Assembly: GCA_050633245.1 (NCBI GenBank)
Contig: JBOEGD010000012.1
Span: forward strand, 195,077 to 226,515
DNA: 31,439 nt
Source of the DNA: Calditrichia bacterium
Lineage (GTDB): Bacteria; Calditrichota; Calditrichia; RBG-13-44-9; J075
Reading direction: 5' to 3'
Shown piece after piece: positions 8,753 to 23,428 of the stretch. The notes below the pieces were generated by a model. The model saw nothing but the letters and a program-made list of their open reading frames with translations, ran no database searches and was not told where the DNA came from. The translations under genes were made by a program, and so were the position numbers. Positions within the stretch are counted from its first letter, which is position 1. Each line of letters starts with the position of its first letter.

Positions 8753-9154
8753 TTACCACACATAGCAGAGCACTTCGCCGCCGACATTCTGTCTGCGAGC
8801 TTCTCGCTCCGTGATTACGCCCTTGGACGTACTCAGAATAGCAATACCGATATTATTTTTTACTCTCGGAAGCTCTGTTGCCGGCACATAGTGTCTTCTA
8901 CCAGGCTTGCTTACCCGCTTTAATTCATGGATAACAGGCTGATCCGTTCCCGGAATATATCGTAGAAACACACGGATTGATCCTTGTAAACCATCATCAA
9001 TAACAATGTAATTCTTTATGAACTTATGCTCATAGAGAATCTGTGCCATTTTCTTCTTCAAGTTGGACGCTGGAATATCTACCATTGCGTGTCCCGCCTG
9101 AAGTGCATTTCTGATACGAGTCAGAAAATCTGCAATTGGATCTGTCATGGCCAT
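8753..9154 (-). CDS. rpsH: 30S ribosomal protein S8
   Basis: MTDPIADFLTRIRN, RVSKPGRR, ILSTSKGV, GGEVLCYVW. Confidence 0.99.
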   Translation of the reverse strand: MAMTDPIADFLTRIRNALQAGHAMVDIPASNLKKKMAQILYEHKFIKNYIVIDDGLQGSIRVFLRYIPGTDQPVIHELKRVSKPGRRHYVPATELPRVKNNIGIAILSTSKGVITEREARRQNVGGEVLCYVW

Positions 9155-9180
9155 TATATAGCTCTCCTATAACCTTTTAT

Positions 9181-9366
9181 TTACCAACTAGCCTTTGTAA
9201 CACCAGGAATTTCACCATTATTGGCAAGTTCCCGAAAACAAATACGACAGATGCCGAATTTGCGATAGTAAGCTCTTGGACGACCACAACGTTTACAGCG
9301 ATTGTATTCTCGTACCTTAAACTTTTGTTTACGGTTCGCTTTCGCGATCAATGCTTTCTTAGCCAA
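9181..9366 (-). CDS. rpsN: 30S ribosomal protein S14, type Z (Zn-binding, 61 aa)
   Basis: RCKRCGRPR...[11 protein letters not shown]...IPGVTKASW; TTG start. Confidence 0.99.
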   Translation of the reverse strand: MAKKALIAKANRKQKFKVREYNRCKRCGRPRAYYRKFGICRICFRELANNGEIPGVTKASW

Positions 9367-9381
9367 GTGAAGTCTCCTTGC

Positions 9382-9933
9382 TTACTTTTTGAACGGCATT
9401 CCAAAGTTCTTAAACAGCTCAAAAGCCTCTTCATCACTCTTGGCCGAGGTGACGAAGGTAATATTCATTCCGCGAATCATATCCATCTTATCGATGTTGA
9501 TCTCGGGGAAAATTATTTGCTCACGTGCGCCGACAGAATAGTTTCCACGTCCGTCAAACGAATTGTTAGGCAGACCGCGAAAGTCGCGAATACGTGGAAC
9601 GGCCAATGAGATAAAACGATCCAGAAACTCAAACATACGCTCGCCACGTAGCGTTACACGGGCACCGATTTTCATGCCTTCACGCAGCTTAAAGTTCGAG
9701 ATAGACGTTTTAGCCTGTGTTAAAGCCGGCTTCTGCCCGCTAATAACTTCCAAATCTTCCATTGCGCGATCTAGAAGCTTACTGTCACCAATAGCTTCAC
9801 CGACACCCATATTTAGGCAGATTTTCTGCAACTTAGGAACTTCCATGATGCTTTTATACTCAAAACGCTTCATTAGCGCCGGCACCACTTCATCCTGATA
9901 CTTCTGTTTTAATCTTGGCGTATAGTTTTCCAT
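9382..9933 (-). CDS. rplE: 50S ribosomal protein L5
   Basis: [33 protein letters not shown]. Confidence 0.99.
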   Translation of the reverse strand: MENYTPRLKQKYQDEVVPALMKRFEYKSIMEVPKLQKICLNMGVGEAIGDSKLLDRAMEDLEVISGQKPALTQAKTSISNFKLREGMKIGARVTLRGERMFEFLDRFISLAVPRIRDFRGLPNNSFDGRGNYSVGAREQIIFPEINIDKMDMIRGMNITFVTSAKSDEEAFELFKNFGMPFKK

Positions 9934-9936
9934 CGT

Positions 9937-9997
9937 TGAATCCTCTAGTCAGGGTTACCCCTGGTATTCATACTCTTTGATGCTTACGTCTATCAAA
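9937..9997 (-). promoter_or_regulatory. Twin GUAA-tetraloop hairpins before rplE, candidate translational operator
   Basis: mRNA: UUUGAU-A-G-A-C[GUAA]G-C-AUCAAA and UGAAU..CAGGG[GUAA]CCCUG..AGAGG-AUUCA, the second enclosing the rplE SD. Confidence 0.4.
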
Positions 9998-10004
9998 CGG
10001 ACGC

Positions 10005-10328
10005 TTATTCAATTTCTTCTTTTGCTGCATCCGGGTTTTTAGCAACGCGGACTTTCGAGCCATTCTTTAAAATCTTCACGCCGACGCGAGTGGCAACGTT
10101 GCTCTTGGGAGCAATCAGCTTCACGTTGGAAACATGAATAGGTGCTTCAATTTCCAGGATACCGCCCTGCTGCATCTTTGCGCTTGGACGCGTATGACGT
10201 TTCATCATATTCACGCCTTCAACAACAACACGCTGTGAGTCCGGGAAAACCTTCAACACTTTACCATTTTTCTTACGATCATCACCGCTGATGATTTTAA
10301 CGATATCGTTTACTCTAATCTTTCTCAT
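10005..10328 (-). CDS. rplX: 50S ribosomal protein L24
   Basis: KOW-like [26 protein letters not shown]. Confidence 0.98.
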   Translation of the reverse strand: MRKIRVNDIVKIISGDDRKKNGKVLKVFPDSQRVVVEGVNMMKRHTRPSAKMQQGGILEIEAPIHVSNVKLIAPKSNVATRVGVKILKNGSKVRVAKNPDAAKEEIE

Positions 10329-10342
10329 GACGTATCCCTTGC

Positions 10343-10711
10343 TTACAGCACTTCAGGCGCTAATGACACAATTTTCATAAAGTTTTTATCGCGTAACTCG
10401 CGAGCCACAGGCCCAAAAATACGGGTTCCACGGGGCTCGCCCGCATCGTTCAGCAGAACGGCGGCATTCTCATCAAAACGAATGTAGGTACCATCTTTAC
10501 GAGCAATCTCTTTTTTGGTCCGAACGATAACCGCTCTGGACACATCACCCTTTTTAACAGGTGCATTCGGTATAGCGCTTTTTACAGAGATAACAATGAT
10601 ATCTCCGATTGAACCGTATTTTTTACCCGATCCACCGAGCACGCGGATGCACTGTACTTTCTTTGCACCTGAATTGTCGGCTACGCTTAGTCGAGTTTCT
10701 TCTTGAACCAT
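10343..10711 (-). CDS. rplN: 50S ribosomal protein L14
   Basis: [37 protein letters not shown]. Confidence 0.99.
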   Translation of the reverse strand: MVQEETRLSVADNSGAKKVQCIRVLGGSGKKYGSIGDIIVISVKSAIPNAPVKKGDVSRAVIVRTKKEIARKDGTYIRFDENAAVLLNDAGEPRGTRIFGPVARELRDKNFMKIVSLAPEVL

Positions 10712-10764
10712 GTCAATGCCCTCAATCTATTCTTCCAGCTCATATTTTGAGCAAGACGACTAAT

Positions 10765-11019
10765 TTACTTAACTTTTTCGATGATTTCAACAACTCGCCA
10801 ACGTTTTGTCTTGCTGAGAGGACGAGTCTCAATAATTTTAACCTTGTCACCAATATCACAGTTGTTTTCCTGATCATCGGCCTTAAACTTCGAGGTCTGC
10901 TTGATATAGCGTTTATACAGCGGATGCTTCACCATGCGCTCTACGGCAACGACAACGGTTTTATCCATTTTGTCGCTCACCACCATGCCAACTCGGCTCT
11001 TGCGTATTCCTCTTTCCAT
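10765..11019 (-). CDS. rpsQ: 30S ribosomal protein S17
   Basis: [31 protein letters not shown]. Confidence 0.99.
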   Translation of the reverse strand: MERGIRKSRVGMVVSDKMDKTVVVAVERMVKHPLYKRYIKQTSKFKADDQENNCDIGDKVKIIETRPLSKTKRWRVVEIIEKVK

Positions 11020-11038
11020 ACTGCGAGTACCTAACTTG

Positions 11039-11257
11039 TTATTCTGATTCTACTTTTTCGACGTTCGCATTGCGCTTCAGCTCGCTAATGAGCGTATGAC
11101 AGCGTGCAATATCTTTTTTTACGATGCGAATGCGGCTCGGATTACTGATCTGGTGCGTCGCTTTCTGAATCTTCAGATTTGACAGCTCGTCCAGTGCTTC
11201 GTTCAGCTTTTCTTCCAGCTCGTCGAGCTGCAGTTCTCTAAGTTCATTGAGTTTCAT
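11039..11257 (-). CDS. rpmC: 50S ribosomal protein L29
   Basis: MKLNELRE...[17 protein letters not shown]; synteny between rplP and rpsQ. Confidence 0.96.
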   Translation of the reverse strand: MKLNELRELQLDELEEKLNEALDELSNLKIQKATHQISNPSRIRIVKKDIARCHTLISELKRNANVEKVESE

Positions 11258-11262
11258 GATGC

Positions 11263-11682
11263 TTATTCTCCAACATCTTTACGAGAGACAAACTTTGTCT
11301 TAATTGGCAGCTTGTGTGCAGCCAGACGCATTGCTTCTTTCGCGATATCTTCCGGTACACCAGCCAGTTCAAACATAACACGGCCGGGCTTTACGACAGC
11401 TACCCAATATTCCGGGGAGCCTTTTCCTTTACCCATACGGGTTTCAGCCGGCTTTTTAGTGATTGGCTTGTCTGGAAAAATGCGAATCCAAACTTTTCCA
11501 CCACGCTTAATATAGCGGGTCATGGCGACACGAGCAGCCTCGATCTGGCGACTGGTTATCCAGTGCGCTTCCAGGGCCTTTAGTCCATACTCGCCAAAGG
11601 TGACTTCACTTCCACGATAGGCTTTTCCACGCTTGTTTCCGCGCTGCACCTTACGATATTTTACTCTCTTGGGCATTAACAT
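11263..11682 (-). CDS. rplP: 50S ribosomal protein L16
   Basis: [33 protein letters not shown]. Confidence 0.99.
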   Translation of the reverse strand: MLMPKRVKYRKVQRGNKRGKAYRGSEVTFGEYGLKALEAHWITSRQIEAARVAMTRYIKRGGKVWIRIFPDKPITKKPAETRMGKGKGSPEYWVAVVKPGRVMFELAGVPEDIAKEAMRLAAHKLPIKTKFVSRKDVGE

Positions 11683-11693
11683 GGGTCAGGCTC

Positions 11694-12329
11694 CTACGAT
11701 TGCGTTCCAATTACTTCACCATGATAGATCCAGACCTTCACGCCGATACAACCATAAGTCGTAATAGCGGTAGCCGTTGCATAATCGATATTTGCTCTCA
11801 GCGTATGCAGCGGAATGCGTCCTTCCTTATAACTCTCGGTACGAGCCATTTCGGCCCCACCCAAGCGTCCGGACACCTGAATCTTAATTCCTTGTGCACC
11901 GAGTCGCATCGAGGAGGTAATCGAACGCTTCATAGCGCGTCGAAAAGAAACCTTACCTTCGAGCTGACGGGCAATATTTGCTGCGACGAGAAAAGAATCT
12001 ACTTCAGGATGCTTAATCTCGTTAATGTTGATCTGAATTTCTTTGTTAACCAGCTTCTTTAGCTCTTCTTTGAGCTTGTCTACTTCCGAACCCTTCTTAC
12101 CGATTACCACACCCGGACGGGCGGTGTAAATAGTAATAAGAATACGGCGGGCAGTGCGTTCAATTTCAATTTTAGAAACTGCGCCATCAGCCATACGTCG
12201 ACGAATATAACGACGAATCAGTAGATCCTCATTCAGCTTTTCAGCAAAGTCTTTCTGACCAAACCACTGAGAATTCCAGGTCTTGATGTATCCAAGACGA
12301 TAACCGATTGGGTTACTTTTTTGACCCAA
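11694..12329 (-). CDS. rpsC: 30S ribosomal protein S3
   Basis: [43 protein letters not shown]; TTG start with GGAGG SD. Confidence 0.99.
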   Translation of the reverse strand: MGQKSNPIGYRLGYIKTWNSQWFGQKDFAEKLNEDLLIRRYIRRRMADGAVSKIEIERTARRILITIYTARPGVVIGKKGSEVDKLKEELKKLVNKEIQININEIKHPEVDSFLVAANIARQLEGKVSFRRAMKRSITSSMRLGAQGIKIQVSGRLGGAEMARTESYKEGRIPLHTLRANIDYATATAITTYGCIGVKVWIYHGEVIGTQS

Positions 12330-12412
12330 AACGACTTCCTCCGGTCTTATATAATCTCATTATGCTTCACCACTTCATTCAAAGCAGTGAAATCTACACT
12401 ATTTATCAACAA

Positions 12413-12760
12413 TTAATCAGCCAGGTCGTCAATGACAACCGTAATGTGGCTGGTGCGTCGACGAATACGACCTACACGTCCCATCGACATCGGACGAAAA
12501 CGGCGAAGCGTTGGGCCTTCATCGACCTGAATGTTCTTTACCACGATATCGCGGGGCGAAACATTCGCAACTTCATCGTTCTGATAATAGTTCGCAACAG
12601 CTGAGCGCACTGCCTTTTCCAAGATCTTTGCCGCCCGCTTAGGCGTAAAGTGCAGGATATTCAGCGTCTCTTCAACGGAGTGATTTTTCACCAATCCGAC
12701 CACCTGACGAACTTTCGTAGGCGACATTTTTATGTACTTCTCTTTCGCAGTAGCTTGCAT
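12413..12760 (-). CDS. rplV: 50S ribosomal protein L22
   Basis: SPTKVRQV, VDEGPTLRRFRP, RRTSHITVV. Confidence 0.99.
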   Translation of the reverse strand: MQATAKEKYIKMSPTKVRQVVGLVKNHSVEETLNILHFTPKRAAKILEKAVRSAVANYYQNDEVANVSPRDIVVKNIQVDEGPTLRRFRPMSMGRVGRIRRRTSHITVVIDDLAD

Positions 12761-12783
12761 CTTAATGATCCATGCTTAAAGGT

Positions 12784-13071
12784 TTATCGAACTCTGGACG
12801 ACCGCTCAGCTAATTTACCACCATGACCACGAAACGTACGGGTCAAGGCGAACTCACCTAACTTGTGTCCAACCATATTCTCTGTAACGTAGACTGGAAT
12901 AAACTTAATCCCATTATGTACGGCAACCGTGTGACCGACAAACTCCGGCGGAATCGTGCAGCGACGTGCCCACGTTTTAATCACTTTTTTCTGTCCACTA
13001 TTATTCAGCTCTTCAACTTTAGCCAAGAGCTTTTGATCTATAAAGGGACCTTTTTTTAGAGATCTGGCCAT
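12784..13071 (-). CDS. rpsS: 30S ribosomal protein S19
   Basis: [27 protein letters not shown]. Confidence 0.99.
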   Translation of the reverse strand: MARSLKKGPFIDQKLLAKVEELNNSGQKKVIKTWARRCTIPPEFVGHTVAVHNGIKFIPVYVTENMVGHKLGEFALTRTFRGHGGKLAERSSRVR

Positions 13072-13081
13072 TTCTGGTTCC

Positions 13082-13906
13082 TTACTTACGACGTTTTACA
13101 ATCAGTTTATCAGACGACTTACGCTTTTTACGGGTTTTAAGACCTTTTGCTAACTGTCCCCACGGTGAACAAGGATGACGTCCACCAGAAGACCGGCCTT
13201 CACCACCACCCATTGGGTGATCTACCGGGTTCATTGCAACTCCGCGAACGTGCGGCTTACGCCCACGCCAGCGAGAGCGACCGGCTTTTCCAAGAACCTC
13301 ATTGAAGTGGTCACTATTTCCGACGGTGCCAACAGTTGCATAGCACTCTACACGGAAACGTCTTACTTCACCGGAAGGCATCTTCAGCAGGGCATAGTCA
13401 CCTTCACGAGCCATCAACTGCACTCCCGCGCCGGCACTTCGCGCTACCTGTCCACCTTTACCGACCTTCAGTTCAATATTGTGAAGCGACATACCCAAGG
13501 GAATATTTCCAAGCGGTAAAGCATTGCCCGGACGAACCTCAACATTCTCACCGGCATTTAAGACATCACCGACATTTACACCATTCGGTGCAAGAATATA
13601 GCGTTTCTCTCCGTCTGCATAATTCAGCAGGGCAATACGTGCGCTGCGATTAGGATCATACTCAATCGCTGCAACAGTAGCCGGAACATCTCGCTTGTTA
13701 CGCTTAAAGTCAATAATACGATACTGACGCTTGTGACCGCCACCACGATGCCAGGACGTTGTTCTTCCTTGATTATTACGTCCGCCTTTTTTAGACAGAG
13801 TTTCAATCAATGAACGCTCAGGCTTTTGCTTCGTAATGTTTTCGCGGGATACATCCACGCGAAATCGAAGATCCGGTGTTGTTGGCTTATACTTTTTCAA
13901 GGCCAT
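13082..13906 (-). CDS. rplB: 50S ribosomal protein L2
   Basis: [34 protein letters not shown]. Confidence 0.99.
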   Translation of the reverse strand: MALKKYKPTTPDLRFRVDVSRENITKQKPERSLIETLSKKGGRNNQGRTTSWHRGGGHKRQYRIIDFKRNKRDVPATVAAIEYDPNRSARIALLNYADGEKRYILAPNGVNVGDVLNAGENVEVRPGNALPLGNIPLGMSLHNIELKVGKGGQVARSAGAGVQLMAREGDYALLKMPSGEVRRFRVECYATVGTVGNSDHFNEVLGKAGRSRWRGRKPHVRGVAMNPVDHPMGGGEGRSSGGRHPCSPWGQLAKGLKTRKKRKSSDKLIVKRRK

Positions 13907-13928
13907 GATCTAATCTCTCCAGGGCTCT

Positions 13929-14231
13929 TTATACGTTCTCTAGGAAATCGAGTGTATTTCCTTCTTCGAGAGTAACAAATGCTTTTTTGAAAGCGGCGGT
14001 AAAGCCTGTTACACGACCAGCCTTAGTAAAACGCTGACGTGGCTTTCCTTTCACATTCACAACTCGCACACTTTTAACAGTCACACCAAAACGACTTACA
14101 ATAGCCTGTTTGATCTGAATTTTATTTGCGCTTTTCGCGACTTTAAATACGTATTGATTATCTAGTTCTTGAATTCTCAGAGCTTTTTCCGTAAGGACGG
14201 GCTCGAGAATAATCTCTCTGGGATCTTTCAT
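13929..14231 (-). CDS. rplW: 50S ribosomal protein L23
   Basis: PVLTEKA, YVFKV...ANKIQIK, KKAFVTL; TAATG overlap with the rplD stop. Confidence 0.98.
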   Translation of the reverse strand: MKDPREIILEPVLTEKALRIQELDNQYVFKVAKSANKIQIKQAIVSRFGVTVKSVRVVNVKGKPRQRFTKAGRVTGFTAAFKKAFVTLEEGNTLDFLENV

Positions 14232-14857
14232 TATGCAAGCACCTCATTGAGAATATCCACTGCCCCTTTTTGCAGAATAACCACCTGGGAATTCAACACG
14301 TCATAGGCAGAAAACTGCGGTGCCTTAACAACGGATTTATAGGGGATGTTACGAGCGGACTTATAAAAGTTCAAATCATGATCGGTGGTTACCATCAGTA
14401 CCTTACGATCGTCGATCTTTAGATTTTCGAGTAGTTTCACAACGTCTTTTGTACGCGGCTCATCAAACTTGAAGTCTTCTACGACGAAGAATTTCTTGTC
14501 ACGGATCTTATCGGACAGAGCCACCTTACGCGCCAGCTTCTTCACCTTTTTGGGAAGATCCTGCGAGTAACTGCGCGGCTGCGGGCCGAATGCGCGTCCA
14601 CCACCAACCATCTGCGGTGCACGAATAGTTCCCTGACGAGCACGTCCGGTGCCTTTCTGACGAAAGGGCTTACGGCCACCACCGCGAACAGCGGCACGGT
14701 TCTTCACCGCGTGGGTGCCTTGACGCTTATTAGCCAAGTGCGCTTTCACGGCCAGATAAAGCACGTGTGCATTGGGCTCTACAGCGAAAACATCGGGATT
14801 CAGTTTTGCTTTCTTCGTCGACTTTGTCCCGGTCGTCTTAAAAATGCTGACTTCCAT
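14231..14857 (-). CDS. rplD: 50S ribosomal protein L4
   Basis: RQGTHAVK, GGGRKPFRQKGTGRARQG, GGGRAFGPQPR. Confidence 0.99.
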   Translation of the reverse strand: MEVSIFKTTGTKSTKKAKLNPDVFAVEPNAHVLYLAVKAHLANKRQGTHAVKNRAAVRGGGRKPFRQKGTGRARQGTIRAPQMVGGGRAFGPQPRSYSQDLPKKVKKLARKVALSDKIRDKKFFVVEDFKFDEPRTKDVVKLLENLKIDDRKVLMVTTDHDLNFYKSARNIPYKSVVKAPQFSAYDVLNSQVVILQKGAVDILNEVLA

Positions 14858-14882
14858 TACTCTACCTTACGTATCAGTTTAT

Positions 14883-15503
14883 CTATTGCTTTACAATTTC
14901 CACAAAGCTATTGCGTGAGCCAGGCACCGAACCCTTGATAAAGAGCAGGTTGCTATCGGCATCAACACGCATAACCGTAAGTCCTTTGATGGAAACGCGA
15001 TTACCGCCCATACGGCCAGCCATCTTCATTCCCTTAAATACTTTAGACGGATAAGAACTCTGTCCGACTGAACCCGGTGCTCGCTGCATGCTGGACTGAC
15101 CATGAGATCCGCGACCGCCACTAAAGTTGTGACGCTTAATTACACCAGTAAAACCACGGCCTTTCCCGAGTCCGGTAACTTTAACAACATCACCTACATC
15201 GAAAAAATCAGCTTTCAACACATCGCCGGCTTTCAACTCTTCGTCTACATCCAGCGGGAACTCCTTGAGAATACGAACCGGCGGTGCGCCAGCCTTATTC
15301 AAGTGCCCCATGATGGGCTGTGTGGTATTCTTTTCTTTTTTCTCATCAAAACCCACCTGAACAGCAGAATATCCATCGATCTCTTCTGTTTTCAGCTGAG
15401 TTATGTAGCATGGACCGGTCTTTACGACGGTTACCGGGATAGCATTCCCTAATTCGTCAAAGATACGGGTCATTCCTATTTTTTTTCCTAGCATGCCACT
15501 CAT
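14883..15503 (-). CDS. rplC: 50S ribosomal protein L3
   Basis: GKKIGMT, GKGRGFTGVIKRHNF, KMAGRMG, IKGSVPG. Start at ATG 15503 (GGAG 6 nt upstream) rather than TTG 15515. Confidence 0.98.
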   Translation of the reverse strand: MSGMLGKKIGMTRIFDELGNAIPVTVVKTGPCYITQLKTEEIDGYSAVQVGFDEKKEKNTTQPIMGHLNKAGAPPVRILKEFPLDVDEELKAGDVLKADFFDVGDVVKVTGLGKGRGFTGVIKRHNFSGGRGSHGQSSMQRAPGSVGQSSYPSKVFKGMKMAGRMGGNRVSIKGLTVMRVDADSNLLFIKGSVPGSRNSFVEIVKQ

Positions 15504-15531
15504 GACATTCTCCAAACTAAACGATTATTGC

Positions 15532-15840
15532 TCAGGTTTTAATCTCAATATCCACACCAGCGGGAAGCTCCAGCTTCATCAATTGATCGATGGTCTTATT
15601 TGTTGCATTATGAATATCGATCAAACGCTTGTGAATACGAATCTCAAATTGCTCGCGGGATTTCTTATCAACGTGCGGTGAACGCAGCACCGTAAACACA
15701 CTGCGATTAGTAGGCAGTGGAATCGGGCCGGAAATAAGAGCCCCGGTGGTCTTTGCAGTCGTGATAATTTTGTCCGACGACTTATCGATCAAATGATGAT
15801 CGTATGCTTTTAACTTGATGCGTATGCTTTGGCCTGCCAC
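15532..15840 (-). CDS. rpsJ: 30S ribosomal protein S10
   Basis: [41 protein letters not shown]; GTG start. Confidence 0.99.
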   Translation of the reverse strand: MAGQSIRIKLKAYDHHLIDKSSDKIITTAKTTGALISGPIPLPTNRSVFTVLRSPHVDKKSREQFEIRIHKRLIDIHNATNKTIDQLMKLELPAGVDIEIKT

Positions 15841-15857
15841 GTTGCAGCTCCCTTAGC

Positions 15858-17948
15858 TTAGTTTGAGGTACCTTTGATAGTTTCAATCACTTTTTCAGCT
15901 ACGTCTCTCGGTAGCGGAGCATAGTGATCGAACTGCATGGAATAGACAGCTCTTCCCTGAGTAATCGAACGCAGTGTTGTGGCATAGCCAAACATCTGTG
16001 CAAGAGGCGTAAATGCCTCAACAACCTGAGCGTCTTTACGCGGCAGAATACCGCTAATTTTACTACGACGTGAGTTCAGGTCACCAATTACGTCACCTAC
16101 ATATTCTTCCGGAACGACTACTTCCATACTCATAACCGGTTCAAGCAAGATCGATGAACCAGATTTCATTGCATTTTTAATTCCCATTGAGCCGGCAATC
16201 TTAAACGCCATCTCATTTGAGTCTACATCGTGATAGGAACCGTCTACCAGAGCCGCCTTAACATCGACGACTGGATAACCGGCCAGTATGCCATTACGAA
16301 GAGCTTCTTCAATACCGTTCTTGACGGAGTTGATATACTCTCTGGGCACTGCACCACCAACAATTTTATCCTCAAACTCGAAGCCTTTGCCTTTTTCATT
16401 CGGCTCAACTTCCAGCCATACGTGACCGTACTGTCCACGACCACCACTCTGACGGACAAACTTTCCTTCAACGCGGCTTGGCTTGGTAATAGTTTCTTTG
16501 TATGCAACCTGAGGCTTACCGACACGAGCATCTACTTTGAATTCACGAAGTAAACGGTCGACAATAATCTCAAGGTGCAGCTCACCCATTCCGGCAATCA
16601 ACGTCTGACCGGTTTCCTCTTCAGTCTTTACACGGAAAGTCGGATCCTCATCGCTCAGCTTCATCAGCCCAACCGTCAGCTTATCGGCATCGGCTTTAGA
16701 CTTCGGCTCGATAGCAACAGAGATAACCGGCTCCGGAAACTTCATCGATTCCAGTATAACCGGGTGATCCGGGTCTGACAAGGTATGACCGGTACGGGTA
16801 TTCTTAAATCCTACAACAGCAGCAATATCACCAGTGCGCACTTCATCCACATCTTCACGTGTATTTGCGTGCATCATCAGGATTCGTCCAAGACGCTCGC
16901 GCTTCTCGGAGATTGTATTATATACGTAGCTACCGGCTTTTGCTGTTCCACTATATACGCGGAAAAACGTCAGCTTTCCTACATAAGGATCTGTCATAAT
17001 CTTAAAGGCAAGTGCTGTAAACGGCGCATCATCAGCAGGCTCGCGAACAACTTCCTCATCACCAGAACGCGGCACAACACCTTCAATCGCCTTTACATCA
17101 AGCGGGGAAGGCAGATAGTCGATCACAGCATCCAACAAGCGCTGAACACCTTTATTCTTAAACGCGGAGCCAAGAAGCACCGGCGTAAAGTCGTTATTAA
17201 TAGCCGCTTTGCGAACAGCAGCTTTTACTTCCGCTTGAGAAATTTCTTCACCTTCAAGGTATTTCTCGAGGAGTGTATCATCATATTCTGCAACTGCTTC
17301 AAGTAGCTTGCCGCGATACTCATTAGCCTTCTCTTCGAGATCGCGCGGAATCTCTTCTTCCAGAACCTGCATCCCTAAAGAGCTTTCGTCAAAAATGACG
17401 GCCTTCATTGTCACAAGATCGACCAAGCCGGTAAACATCTCGCCATCACCCATCGGAATCTGTAGCGGCACCGGATTCGCTCCGATACGCAGCTTCATCA
17501 TTTCCAATACATTGTAAAAGTCAGAACCGACACGATCCATCTTATTTACAAAGGCAATACGCGGGACACCGTATTTATCTGCCTGGCGCCAAACGGTCTC
17601 AGACTGCGGCTCAACGCCACCCACGGCACAGAACAGCGCGACAGCACCATCAAGAACGCGCAGTGAGCGCTCTACTTCAGCCGTAAAGTCTACGTGACCG
17701 GGCGTATCAATAATATTTATAGTATTGTCATTCCAGCTACACTGAGTGGCCGCAGATGTGATCGTGATACCACGCTCTTTCTCTTGCTCCATCCAGTCCA
17801 TTGTAGCAGAACCTTCATGCACTTCACCCATACGGTGCAGCTTACCCGTATAAAACAGAATGCGTTCCGTTGTGGTGGTTTTACCAGCATCGATGTGAGC
17901 CATGATGCCGATATTGCGAATTTTATCAAGCGTTACTTTGCGTGCCAT
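15858..17948 (-). CDS. fusA: Elongation factor G
   Basis: [42 protein letters not shown]; 696 aa. Confidence 0.99.
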   Translation of the reverse strand: MARKVTLDKIRNIGIMAHIDAGKTTTTERILFYTGKLHRMGEVHEGSATMDWMEQEKERGITITSAATQCSWNDNTINIIDTPGHVDFTAEVERSLRVLDGAVALFCAVGGVEPQSETVWRQADKYGVPRIAFVNKMDRVGSDFYNVLEMMKLRIGANPVPLQIPMGDGEMFTGLVDLVTMKAVIFDESSLGMQVLEEEIPRDLEEKANEYRGKLLEAVAEYDDTLLEKYLEGEEISQAEVKAAVRKAAINNDFTPVLLGSAFKNKGVQRLLDAVIDYLPSPLDVKAIEGVVPRSGDEEVVREPADDAPFTALAFKIMTDPYVGKLTFFRVYSGTAKAGSYVYNTISEKRERLGRILMMHANTREDVDEVRTGDIAAVVGFKNTRTGHTLSDPDHPVILESMKFPEPVISVAIEPKSKADADKLTVGLMKLSDEDPTFRVKTEEETGQTLIAGMGELHLEIIVDRLLREFKVDARVGKPQVAYKETITKPSRVEGKFVRQSGGRGQYGHVWLEVEPNEKGKGFEFEDKIVGGAVPREYINSVKNGIEEALRNGILAGYPVVDVKAALVDGSYHDVDSNEMAFKIAGSMGIKNAMKSGSSILLEPVMSMEVVVPEEYVGDVIGDLNSRRSKISGILPRKDAQVVEAFTPLAQMFGYATTLRSITQGRAVYSMQFDHYAPLPRDVAEKVIETIKGTSN

Positions 17949-18013
17949 TATCTATAAACCTATATAACGTAGTTGTAAACGAATTTGTCTTTTACTAACC
18001 AACCGTGCAATCT

Positions 18014-18481
18014 CTACCAGCGGAAGTGAGCAAAAGCTTTATTTGCTTCAGCCATTTTGTGCGTGTCTTCGCGCTTCTTAACAGACGCACCTTCACCATT
18101 TGAGGCTGCCATAAACTCGGAAGCCAGCTTTTCAGCCATGGTGTTTTCCGAACGATTGCGCGCATAACTGATCACCCAACGAATTGCCAGGGAACGACGG
18201 CGCTTTTCGCGGACTTCTACCGGCACCTGATAAGTAGCACCACCTACACGGCGGGAGCGAACCTCAAGCATCGGAGAAACATTTTCCATACCCTTGCGGA
18301 AAATTTCCAATGGATCTTTCTTGGTTTTCGCCTCGATGATATCCATTGCGTCATAAAAAATCTTTTCAGCCTTACTTTTCTTACCGGACAGCATAAGCCC
18401 GTTAACAAAACGGCTAACTTGCTGACTGCCAAATTTGGGATCCGGCAAAACTTTTCTTTCGGGTGCTTTTCTACGTCTCAT
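18014..18481 (-). CDS. rpsG: 30S ribosomal protein S7
   Basis: [29 protein letters not shown]. Confidence 0.99.
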   Translation of the reverse strand: MRRRKAPERKVLPDPKFGSQQVSRFVNGLMLSGKKSKAEKIFYDAMDIIEAKTKKDPLEIFRKGMENVSPMLEVRSRRVGGATYQVPVEVREKRRRSLAIRWVISYARNRSENTMAEKLASEFMAASNGEGASVKKREDTHKMAEANKAFAHFRW

Positions 18482-18499
18482 TGATCAAACCTCTATCCA

Positions 18500-18874
18500 T
18501 TAACCTTTAGGTCGTTTTGCGCCATACTTGGAACGTGACTGACGACGATCGTCAACACCGCTCGTATCAAGAGTTCCGCGAATAATGTGATAACGAACTC
18601 CCGGAAGATCTTTTACCCTGCCACCGCGAATCATCACAATGGAGTGCTCCTGGAGATTATGCCCTTCACCCGGAATATAGGCTGTTACTTCAAGGCCATT
18701 GGTCAAGCGAACACGAGCAACCTTACGGAGCGCGGAATTCGGCTTTTTCGGGGTGGTTGTATATACACGTGTACAAACGCCACGGCGCTGAGGACAGCTT
18801 CCCAAAGCAGGAGCTTTATTCTTCTTTACTATCTTTTTTCGTCCAGAGCGAATGAGCTGGTTAATCGTCGGCAA
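18500..18874 (-). CDS. rpsL: 30S ribosomal protein S12
   Basis: [29 protein letters not shown]. Start at TTG 18874 with AAGGAG SD (124 aa). Confidence 0.99.
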   Translation of the reverse strand: MPTINQLIRSGRKKIVKKNKAPALGSCPQRRGVCTRVYTTTPKKPNSALRKVARVRLTNGLEVTAYIPGEGHNLQEHSIVMIRGGRVKDLPGVRYHIIRGTLDTSGVDDRRQSRSKYGAKRPKG

Positions 18875-18920
18875 AACACTCTCCTTATTATACTTGTCTT
18901 GTAAAAAGCCACAGATTCTC

Positions 18921-18949
18921 AATGTAACATGTGACCTATAGTTTGTCAA
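18921..18949 (-). promoter_or_regulatory. Sigma70-type promoter of the str operon
   Basis: Perfect TTGACA (18949-18944), 17-nt spacer, TG-n-TACATT extended -10 (18926-18921), AT-rich UP-like tract immediately upstream. Confidence 0.8.
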
Positions 18950-19126
18950 CAATAAAAATTAAATAGTGACGAAACAAGACCGAAACGGCTAAGGTTTGCC
19001 AGAGGAGGGATAAATAAAGGGCATAAAATCAATATGCTGATTACGTCTAATAACGTTTCAGAGGCTTGTAGAGCCAGGCTGGAATCCCCGGCCTAAGAAG
19101 CATGAACTTCGTCGGTGACTGCATCA

Positions 19127-19166
19127 GGATCGCGTTAGTGCACCATAAAAGGCACTAACGCGATCC
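19127..19166 (-). terminator. Strong stem-loop 3' of rpoC (no U-tract)
   Basis: Perfect 15-bp stem GGATCGCGTTAGTGC / GCACTAACGCGATCC with 10-nt loop, 5 nt after the rpoC stop. Structure is clear; termination function is uncertain. Confidence 0.55.
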
Positions 19167-19171
19167 AGCAA

Positions 19172-23428
<4,257 letters not shown>

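Noticed and set aside
18875-18952. N-terminal extension of S12 in the ORF track
   Set aside because: It covers the promoter and SD; the conserved start is TTG 18874.
19034-19096. 20-aa plus-strand ORF (MLITSNNVSEACRARLESPA) downstream of AGGAGG
   Set aside because: The SD-like motif is ~25 nt from the ATG, and there is no promoter or recognisable product.
19096-19171. Hammerhead-ribozyme-like string on the minus strand (hairpin-CUGAUGCA-GUC-ACC-GAC-GAAG)
   Set aside because: The core has an extra C (CUGAUGCA, not CUGANGA), GAAG instead of GAAA, G at the would-be cleavage site and no stem III pairing; probably chance.
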